Positions 9,483 through 16,151 of a stretch of 35,774 nt of DNA are shown piece after piece. The position numbers were made by a program, and so were the translations under genes. Every line of letters begins with the position of its first letter. The first letter of the stretch is position 1. The notes beneath the pieces are model-generated. The model had not been told where the DNA came from, did not search any database, and saw nothing but the letters and a program-made list of their open reading frames with translations. Source of the stretch: a virus (lineage: Duplodnaviria; Caudoviricetes); IMG/VR virus record IMGVR_UViG_3300032257_000067, positions 1 to 35,774 of that record. The stretch is one strand, 5' to 3'.

Positions 9483-9645
9483 GTTGAGTCTGTTCTGTTA
9501 AGTTCGGTTAAGCTAAGTTTGGTTTTGTCTGTTGTGTTTTGTTTGGTTATGTTGCGATTGGTTTGGTTATGTTGTGCTTTGTCTGCTGGGTTTGGTTGCG
9601 CCGCGTTGAGTTGGGATGGGTTACATTCGGTTACGTTGAGTCTGT
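9473..9645 (+). ncRNA. GTT-NN pentamer array 1 (putative guide-RNA array): short unit 9473-9491, unit A 9492-9530, unit B 9531-9584, unit C 9585-9643
   Basis: Strict 5-nt periodicity with a near-constant triplet (mostly GTT) plus a variable dinucleotide. Units A, B and C have 7, 10 and 11 pentamers, each closed by GTCT. RNA role is inferred. Confidence 0.7.
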
Positions 9646-9834
9646 ATGGAAAAAGATAAATTAAAAGAATTAAGAAAAAAGGTCGGCTTATCATTAGCTG
9701 ATGCTGCAAAGCGCGTACACGTAACACCTAGAACATGGGCAAGGTATGAGGCTGGCGATAGGTCAATCCCAGATGGCGTTGTCCATTTATTTTGTTTAAC
9801 TAGTGGGATTAATCCCGATGAATATTTGAAATGA
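9646..9834 (+). CDS. Small XRE-type HTH regulator (Aca-like)
   Basis: LRKKVGLSLADAAKRVHVTPRTWARYEAGDRSIP helix-turn-helix; 62 aa; sits between the two arrays. Confidence 0.85.
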   Translation: MEKDKLKELRKKVGLSLADAAKRVHVTPRTWARYEAGDRSIPDGVVHLFCLTSGINPDEYLK

Positions 9835-9892
9835 CTTGGTTAAGTTCCGTTGAGTTTAGTTTTGTTGAGTTCTGTTTAGTTTGGTCTGTTTA
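9834..9892 (+). ncRNA. GTT-NN pentamer array 2 (unit D 9834-9887)
   Basis: ACTTG, then nine GTT-NN pentamers, then GTCT and one further GTTTA. Confidence 0.7.
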
Positions 9893-9894
9893 AT

Positions 9895-10521
9895 ATGTTA
9901 GCTGTTATCTTGGGCACTGGCCCCAGCCTCACCCCTGACCAGCTTGAACACGTCAAGCAGGCGCAAGCAGCGGGCAAGTGTAAAGTCTTTGGCATGAATA
10001 ACACTTGGATGGATGCCAAGCTAGACGTTTTTCTTGCCTGTAATCCTGAATACTATTCCCACTTTTGGGATAAGGGCTTAAAGGATTACCCATGCGAGAA
10101 GTGGACGTGGGACAAGTCAACGGCAACCAAATACGATATAACTCATATCCACGGCAAATGGGGCGACGGTTTTAGTAAGACTCACTTGCACTATGGGCAT
10201 TCAAGCGGCTTCCAGGCACCCGGTCTGGCTTATTACATGGGATTTAGAAAGCTAATCCTTTTAGGGTACGATATGGGCTATGCCCCAGACTATAACGGGA
10301 AAACCAGGCAGATTGGGAGTAAGCCTAGACACTATTTCGGCGAATATCCCTCGCAGCTTCAGCACTGGCCATCAGTAAAGGTCAAAGACGGGGTTTTCAC
10401 GGAATTGATTGAGCAATTCGAGAAGGTCAAAGAAATTAACACCGACTTAGAGATTGTTAACTGTACACCGGGGAGCTATATGACCTGTTTCCCCATGATG
10501 GATATTAAAGAGGCTTTATGA
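9895..10521 (+). CDS. DUF115/Maf-like putative glycosyltransferase, paralog 2
   Basis: GTGPSL, GMNN, LACN, SSGFQAPGLAYYMGFRKLILLGYDM, HYFGEY, VNCT; colinear with the 8174 protein. Confidence 0.7.
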   Translation: MLAVILGTGPSLTPDQLEHVKQAQAAGKCKVFGMNNTWMDAKLDVFLACNPEYYSHFWDKGLKDYPCEKWTWDKSTATKYDITHIHGKWGDGFSKTHLHYGHSSGFQAPGLAYYMGFRKLILLGYDMGYAPDYNGKTRQIGSKPRHYFGEYPSQLQHWPSVKVKDGVFTELIEQFEKVKEINTDLEIVNCTPGSYMTCFPMMDIKEAL

Positions 10522-10599
10522 TCCCTATCAATGTTTATTGGGCTATATATGTATGGGACGCTACTTTGTTCGCGATCTATGGGAGTGGTTAGAGTTATT

Positions 10600-10914
10600 A
10601 TGAAGGTTAAGACAGTCGCAGCGACAACAAATAAAACAGAGAGACCCTTCTCAGCCAACAACCTAGATCAATTAGCGAAAACCGCGCCAGGGGTTCCGGT
10701 TACGGTAGACTTTGATCCAGATCAGGTTATTGGTAAAATTATCTCTGCAAAGGTTGTCAATGGAGAGCTTGAAATAATAGCCGATATCAAAAATATTGAT
10801 TTAACAGATCAATATATCGTGCCAGGTTATAGGCTGCCAAACTATGATAGCGTAACATTTGGCTTGACACGCGACCCTGTTGATCTATCTGTAAGTAAAG
10901 CAGAAGAACTATGA
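10600..10914 (+). CDS. Hypothetical protein, weak resemblance to a prohead-protease-like fold
   Basis: PVTVDFD...IGKIISAKVVNGEL pattern; ATG 10600 preferred over 10531; ATGA overlap with the next gene. Confidence 0.45.
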   Translation: MKVKTVAATTNKTERPFSANNLDQLAKTAPGVPVTVDFDPDQVIGKIISAKVVNGELEIIADIKNIDLTDQYIVPGYRLPNYDSVTFGLTRDPVDLSVSKAEEL

Positions 10915-11489
10915 TCCCCGTCTACATCGGCATATCTAAACGCTTTGACATGATCAAAGGCATGACCGAGCGCAGCATTCTCGCGCACACGAAAGAAAAG
11001 GTAGAGATTAAACACCTTTACCCGGTCACAGAAAGCGGGTGTACTGGTTTTAGTGACGTACGTTTTCAAATTGAATACGGGATATATCTAGATTGTGACA
11101 TGATTGTGTTGGCGGATATTGCTGAGCTATGGGCTTACCGCAAGAAAGATAAGTATGTCTGTATGCGTGACGGATCGACCGAGGTCGCGGTGATTGATTT
11201 CAGGAATAAGAAAAGCCCTTGTAGAAACAAGAAGCAAATCAACGCCTTACCAAAAGCATTTGATATTTCTTTGGACTGGAACACAGAAGACTATAATTAT
11301 TTTCCGAATAAGCCTCTCCCCAAGGACATGAAGCTATTTCATTTCACCAGTTTAGCGACACAGCCTTGGTTATATAAGCACCCTAATAATGAGGCGGTTG
11401 CACTGTATGAACAGTACGCAGCCAAACAGAAAGCCAAAAAGAAAGCCAAAAAGAAAAGGGCCAAGCGTGTCAAAAACCAGACTGTTTAA
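10911..11489 (+). CDS. GT-A (GT8-like) glycosyltransferase with Lys-rich tail
   Basis: IPVYIG, TGFS..RF, IYLDCDMIVLADIAELW (DXD), WN, LFHFTSLATQPW. Confidence 0.8.
   Translation: MIPVYIGISKRFDMIKGMTERSILAHTKEKVEIKHLYPVTESGCTGFSDVRFQIEYGIYLDCDMIVLADIAELWAYRKKDKYVCMRDGSTEVAVIDFRNKKSPCRNKKQINALPKAFDISLDWNTEDYNYFPNKPLPKDMKLFHFTSLATQPWLYKHPNNEAVALYEQYAAKQKAKKKAKKKRAKRVKNQTV
11421..11456 (+). repeat. 3 x 12-bp tandem repeat GCCAAA(C/A)AGAAA encoding AKQK-AKKK-AKKK
   Basis: Directly visible. Confidence 0.8.
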
Positions 11490-12138
11490 AGGGTCGCTTC
11501 CATGGTCCAACAGGTCAGATTGGCTAATGCCTGCAAACAGTCATCGCCTAGAAGTTAGTTTTACAAAAGGCCCAAACGATGTAGACGCGGCGCTTGAAAT
11601 GCTTTTGCCGTTATTAAAGAAGCGGCGAACCTGTATCCAGGCGGGGGGATGTATTGGTATTTGGCCCTTAAGACTTTCGCAAGTATTCGATCATGTGCAT
11701 GCGTTTGAATTAGATCCAATTAATTATGAGTGTTTGATTCATAACGCAGACGAGGAAAATATAACCCCCATTCATTCAGCTTTAAGTTATAAGGCAGGCG
11801 AAACGGTGGGCTATAGGCTGGACGAAGGCGAAAGGCAAAACCCCGGGGCGACTTATGTCATCAATGAAGGGGATGTCCCTACGGTAAAGATTGACGATCT
11901 TGGATTGGATGATGTTGATTTAATTTATCTGGATATTGAGGGGTCCGAGTCCTTAGCCCTACTAGGAGCAACGGAAACGATCAAACGCTGTAAGCCGATT
12001 ATCGGGTTAGAGGACAAAGGACACCACATAAAGCAAGGCAATCCTGATCCGGTTAAATATTTGATTAAGCAGCTTGATTACCGCGTACACGGTAAGCCCT
12101 CACGATTAGATGTCATATTGGTGCCGAATGATGAATGA
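11467..12138 (+). CDS. FkbM-family SAM-dependent methyltransferase
   Basis: IQAGGCIGIW, VHAFELDPINYECL, IDDLGL..VDLIYLDIEGSE..AL.GA..TI...KPII. Start uncertain (11389 or GTG 11467). Confidence 0.85.
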   Translation: MSKTRLFKGSLPWSNRSDWLMPANSHRLEVSFTKGPNDVDAALEMLLPLLKKRRTCIQAGGCIGIWPLRLSQVFDHVHAFELDPINYECLIHNADEENITPIHSALSYKAGETVGYRLDEGERQNPGATYVINEGDVPTVKIDDLGLDDVDLIYLDIEGSESLALLGATETIKRCKPIIGLEDKGHHIKQGNPDPVKYLIKQLDYRVHGKPSRLDVILVPNDE

Positions 12139-12856
12139 TCTGACCGTCTTTTGTGTTTACTGGGGCGACAAGTATGACAAGGGCTATGTCTACGCTTTAC
12201 GAGATGCCGTTGAGGTTAATCTGTCTGTCCCTCATCGGTTTGTTTGCATTACTACTGATTATTTCAAGGGTATTGAGACACGCAAACCTTATGCGCCTTA
12301 TTCCGGTTGGTGGTCTAAGCTTAATCTGTTTGCACCTCGCATGGCGACCGGACCAAGCCTCTATTTTGATCTTGATGTTGTTATCACTGGCAATCTAGAC
12401 TATCTGGTTGAGTACACAGAGCCAAAGGAATATATAAACCATAGGTACAACATAACTGAGGTTGCATACTTAGCGGCCCCGGCTAATTGGGCGCAATCAG
12501 GACATGGTGGGATTCAATCCTCGGTAATGGCCTGGGGCGGGAATTGGACACACCCTTTTGATCAATTCAAAAGCCAGTGGCCCGATATTAGGGAGCGCTT
12601 ATGGGGTGATCAGGAGTACCTCTGGGAATTGTTAGGAGATAACTGGACGCGACTGCCTCATGTGGGGTCGTATAAGTACCACGTAAGCCCCGCACAAGCC
12701 ATACCAGACGATATGGCGGTATGTGTATTCCACGGTAAACCGGACCCTCACGAGGTAACAGACCCTTGCATATTGTCTTACACATCAGCCCTACGCTCGT
12801 ACATCAGCACGAGCACAGCGAATGGTTTACAGAAGGCCTCAAGCGCCACGGCTTAA
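12128..12856 (+). CDS. GT-A glycosyltransferase
   Basis: CVYWGDKY, FVCITTD, GWWSKLNLF, LYFDLDVVI (DXD), SSVMAW, GDQEYL, VFHGKPDPH. Confidence 0.8.
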   Translation: MMNDLTVFCVYWGDKYDKGYVYALRDAVEVNLSVPHRFVCITTDYFKGIETRKPYAPYSGWWSKLNLFAPRMATGPSLYFDLDVVITGNLDYLVEYTEPKEYINHRYNITEVAYLAAPANWAQSGHGGIQSSVMAWGGNWTHPFDQFKSQWPDIRERLWGDQEYLWELLGDNWTRLPHVGSYKYHVSPAQAIPDDMAVCVFHGKPDPHEVTDPCILSYTSALRSYISTSTANGLQKASSATA

Positions 12857-13416
12857 ACCTCGATATCACAACCGACCCCCACAAAGAAGGGGACGTTCAT
12901 ATCGTCAGCGGGCCACACTATGCCAAGCGGTATTGGCTGGATCACCCAAAAACCTTACTCATTGACAGGGCTTATCATCCGAATAAGCAGATCAAATCTG
13001 GTCAGTGGGTAAGTGAGGATTATGTCTCGGTAGGCTGGATGAATAAGGACGGCGGCAGGGATTTTAGAAAAACAGAATCTAGGGGATCGTATTCGATCCA
13101 GCACCAAGCCGGTGACAAAGGGACTATTTTTCTAAAAGACTACGGCGGCCCCGAAGCAATGGCGGATACCGTGAGACTTCACCCAGCCGAAAAACAGTAT
13201 CCAGAATCCTTAGAAGATGCCCTTAAACGTCACAAGACCGCTATCGGGTTTAGGACGACGGCCCTTGTTAAAGCGGGTTTAATGGGCTTAGATATTGTAT
13301 GCTTAGACAAACAAAATATTATGGCCCAGCCGGATTGGTTGGAATTATTACCGAGTGCTGACTGGCACTATTCAGAGATTCAATCCGGGGAAGCATGGGA
13401 GTTCTTATGTCAATAA
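12766..13416 (+). CDS. Putative GT-B / capsule-biosynthesis-like glycosyltransferase
   Basis: LLIDRAY, VSVGW, RLHP, SLEDAL....AIGFRTTALVKAGLMG, WHYSEIQSGEAW; lies in the glycan block. Confidence 0.55.
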   Translation: MHIVLHISPTLVHQHEHSEWFTEGLKRHGLNLDITTDPHKEGDVHIVSGPHYAKRYWLDHPKTLLIDRAYHPNKQIKSGQWVSEDYVSVGWMNKDGGRDFRKTESRGSYSIQHQAGDKGTIFLKDYGGPEAMADTVRLHPAEKQYPESLEDALKRHKTAIGFRTTALVKAGLMGLDIVCLDKQNIMAQPDWLELLPSADWHYSEIQSGEAWEFLCQ

Positions 13417-13973
13417 CTGTTACAACCGCACCGACTAGCGAGCCTGTTTCGCTAAGCAGCATTAAAGATCACCTTCACATTGAAACGAATGATCATGATG
13501 TTGAATTAAACGACTTGATTAAAGAGGCGCGGGTGTATGTCGAAGGCGTGACCGGGCGGGCGCTGATTACTCAAACTATTGAGTTAAGAATGGACGCCTT
13601 AAGCGCAGCGATTAAAGTCCCCCGTCCCCCGTTACAATCTGTTACAAGTATTCAATATCAAGATTCTAGCAACGCGACCCAAACACTCGGATCTAGTAAT
13701 TACGTGGTAGACACAAGCTCACACCCTGGCCGAATTAATAAAGCCTATGACGGCACATACCCGGATACTTATTCTAACCCGGACGCGGTGACGGTGACGT
13801 ATGTCGCAGGCTATGGGAATAGCTCAAGCGATGTCCCCGAGATATTCAAGCGGGCTATGAAGCTTTACATAGAGAAGATGTTTGACATGCCCGGCGCTGC
13901 GTATGGTGCTGCACTGGATAACGCTTTAGAGTCTATGCTTTGCCACCAAAGGATCGAGAACGTTGCGCTCTAG
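13395..13973 (+). CDS. Head-tail connector (gp6-like)
   Basis: PTSEPVSL...KDHLHI, TGRALITQT, PRPPLQSVTSI, VTYVAGYG, VPE. Confidence 0.9.
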   Translation: MGVLMSITVTTAPTSEPVSLSSIKDHLHIETNDHDVELNDLIKEARVYVEGVTGRALITQTIELRMDALSAAIKVPRPPLQSVTSIQYQDSSNATQTLGSSNYVVDTSSHPGRINKAYDGTYPDTYSNPDAVTVTYVAGYGNSSSDVPEIFKRAMKLYIEKMFDMPGAAYGAALDNALESMLCHQRIENVAL

Positions 13974-14292
13974 AAAACAACGACACAAGATCACCATTCA
14001 AAACGCGACACGCGCAGACAATGCCTTTGGTGAACCCATTGATACTTGGGACACCTACGCGGTTAGGTGGGCGGAGATAAAAGCAGAGCGCGGGACAGAG
14101 ACCTTTACCGCCGATCAACAGTTAAACCAACATACCGTAAAATTCACGATTCGCTATGATAGCGTGAGTAAGAATATAACCGAAGATATGCGGGTTAGTT
14201 TTAATAGCAAGATATACGACATTGAGGCGGCTATAAACTACAACGAAGAAAACAAAGAGATTCATTTGCATGGCCGTTATCAAAGGACTTAA
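13963..14292 (+). CDS. Head closure protein (SPP1 gp16-like)
   Basis: RHKITIQ, GEPIDTW, WAEI, FTIRY, MRVSF...IYDI; synteny. Confidence 0.9.
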   Translation: MRSRKQRHKITIQNATRADNAFGEPIDTWDTYAVRWAEIKAERGTETFTADQQLNQHTVKFTIRYDSVSKNITEDMRVSFNSKIYDIEAAINYNEENKEIHLHGRYQRT

Positions 14293-14719
14293 AAAGCTAA
14301 GCGACAGGCTTAACCAGCTTGATAAGAAGCTAGCCGGTAAAGCGCTTAGAAATGCAACGCGGGACGCGATGAAGCCTATACAGCGCAGAGCAAAAGCTCT
14401 CGCGCCCGTTGGTCGAGAGATGCACAGAAACAAAAGCGGATCTATTGTTGGCCCTGGCTACATGAAAAAACAGATCAGGATTAGAACAAGATTAAAAAAG
14501 GGTAAGGCGACGATCATGCTCGGCGTGACAAAGGATGCGTTTTACGGCGTCCTGTTTGATGAAGGCGTGACAATTAGCAAGCGCAAAGGAAAGGTATTAA
14601 AAGGATCTTACAGGCTAAAGCCTAAACACTGGTTAACTAAAACCTTTCTAGACAATCGCCGACAGATAGAGAACGACTTAAGAAAGAATCTTAAAAAAGA
14701 GATTGATAAAATCACATGA
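14270..14719 (+). CDS. HK97 gp10-like tail completion protein
   Basis: IKGLKKL, ALRNA, AKALAPV, FYG...DEG; synteny. Confidence 0.8.
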   Translation: MAVIKGLKKLSDRLNQLDKKLAGKALRNATRDAMKPIQRRAKALAPVGREMHRNKSGSIVGPGYMKKQIRIRTRLKKGKATIMLGVTKDAFYGVLFDEGVTISKRKGKVLKGSYRLKPKHWLTKTFLDNRRQIENDLRKNLKKEIDKIT

Positions 14720-15108
14720 TTACCGATCACCTTTACTCATTCCTAAACGCGCAAACGGCAATCACGGATCTAGTCGGTACTAGAATGTATCCGGTGATCC
14801 TACCGGCTCAGCCTACTTATCCGGCGCTTACCTTCCGTGATTCCGATCATGAGTTAGACGAAGATTTCGACGGAATGGGGAGCCCGGTGGAGTCTAATTA
14901 TTTTATCGACGCATGGGGATCAACTTATGCAGAGGCGACCAGTGTCGCGGATGCGGTCAGAAGCTCATTAAATAATACACGCGGGAATTTCGGTGGCATC
15001 CAGATCAGTCGATGTGTGGTGACCTCTGGACCTATCCCAATCTACGAAGACGCTGTGGAGGCCTATCGGATTACACAGATTTTTTTAATAGTACACAAAG
15101 AGGAATAA
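14716..15108 (+). CDS. Tail terminator/completion protein (DUF3168-like)
   Basis: LVGTRMYPVILP...TYPALTF, IDAWGSTYAEA; synteny. Confidence 0.8.
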   Translation: MITDHLYSFLNAQTAITDLVGTRMYPVILPAQPTYPALTFRDSDHELDEDFDGMGSPVESNYFIDAWGSTYAEATSVADAVRSSLNNTRGNFGGIQISRCVVTSGPIPIYEDAVEAYRITQIFLIVHKEE

Positions 15109-15111
15109 ACA

Positions 15112-15546
15112 ATGTCCGGTGAATTTTACGGCGGCAATACACTTGCCCGATTAGATACAACCGCTAGCCCTAATGCTTACGAAACGATTGAGAATGTAAA
15201 ATCGGTTTCAGGTATTAGTTTGACTAACCCACTTATTGACGTAACCAACTATCAGTCAACCGCTAAAGAATACATTGGCGGTCTACCTGATGGTGCTGAA
15301 ATCACCATCGAAATGTCGCGCACCTTGGCCGCGTCCAGTGTTCAAGATAAAGTCAAAACTGACGTTAACAATCAGACCAACGGCACTTATCGTTTGACGA
15401 TGGTCGATACTTCCGTTAGTCCTAACCTGACTTACACCGCTACCATGACATGCGTCCCGTTGAGTTGGTCACTAACCCCTAACGTGGAAGATGCCAACAT
15501 GATTTCATTCACACTTAAGATCTCAGGATCAATCACAGAGGCCTAA
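15112..15546 (+). CDS. Major tail tube protein
   Basis: IDVTNYQSTAKEYIGGLPDGAEI, FTLKISG; GAGG RBS. Confidence 0.85.
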   Translation: MSGEFYGGNTLARLDTTASPNAYETIENVKSVSGISLTNPLIDVTNYQSTAKEYIGGLPDGAEITIEMSRTLAASSVQDKVKTDVNNQTNGTYRLTMVDTSVSPNLTYTATMTCVPLSWSLTPNVEDANMISFTLKISGSITEA

Positions 15547-15834
15547 ATGAATTTCGAGACTAAAACAGTTGAAGTAAAAGGGAATACTTATAACGTGCAA
15601 GAGCTTAGCGCCCGGCAGCGTCAAGAGGTGTATAAGCTTTTTAAGTCCGATGACGTGGATCCCGTATCGTTACAGGCTCACTACATTCTAAGAGGGTGTG
15701 TAGAGTTTAAAGACTCAACCCTCGACGAGATAATGGATCTGCCCGGCTCACTCTTTGGGACATTAGCCGATGAAGTCGTCAAGATTTCAGGTTTAGCCGA
15801 TGAGTCAGCCGAGGATTCGGAAAAAAACTCCTAA
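15547..15834 (+). CDS. Tail assembly chaperone (gpG-like)
   Basis: Between tube and tape measure genes; ends EKNS over a slippery site. Confidence 0.8.
   Translation: MNFETKTVEVKGNTYNVQELSARQRQEVYKLFKSDDVDPVSLQAHYILRGCVEFKDSTLDEIMDLPGSLFGTLADEVVKISGLADESAEDSEKNS
15822..15828 (+). other. Programmed -1 frameshift heptamer A-AAA-AAC
   Basis: The -1 frame reads LLNDPGRLFLFRLALALGRTVAEL into the 15876-16151 ORF; classical G/GT arrangement. Confidence 0.85.
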
Positions 15835-16151
15835 ACGATCCGGGGAGGCTGTTTCTGTTTCGCCTGGCGCTTGCGTTGGGTAGGACAGTTGCAGAGTTAG
15901 AAAACTCCCTTGGATCGGGGGAGCTGACGGAATGGTATTCCTATTACCGGCTTGAGCCGTTTGGGCAATGGCGTGATAACTATCATGCCGCGATACTGGC
16001 AGAGGCGATCTATAATTCAAGCGGGCGCATTAAGAAACCCGCTAAACTTCATGACTTTATGATCGAGCCTAAGCAAGTTAAAGAGCAACGCAAGACCAAA
16101 GAGATGATTTCCTTTATGCGTAACGTGGCAAAACAAAATGGCAAAAAATGA
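15828..16151 (+). CDS. Tail assembly chaperone gpT-like segment (frameshift extension)
   Basis: RLALALGRTVAEL....S.ELTEW..YY.LEPFG motif. Confidence 0.8.
   Translation, partial: LLNDPGRLFLFRLALALGRTVAELENSLGSGELTEWYSYYRLEPFGQWRDNYHAAILAEAIYNSSGRIKKPAKLHDFMIEPKQVKEQRKTKEMISFMRNVAKQNGKK

Noticed and set aside
9479-9727. Minus-strand 82-aa ORF (N/T/Q-rich)
   Set aside because: It is a by-product of the pentamer repeat's reverse complement and overlaps the HTH gene antisense.
9473-9892. CRISPR array or simple microsatellite
   Set aside because: There are no 25-40 bp repeats with unique spacers and no cas1/cas2. The variable positions are phase-locked and information-rich, unlike a slippage microsatellite.
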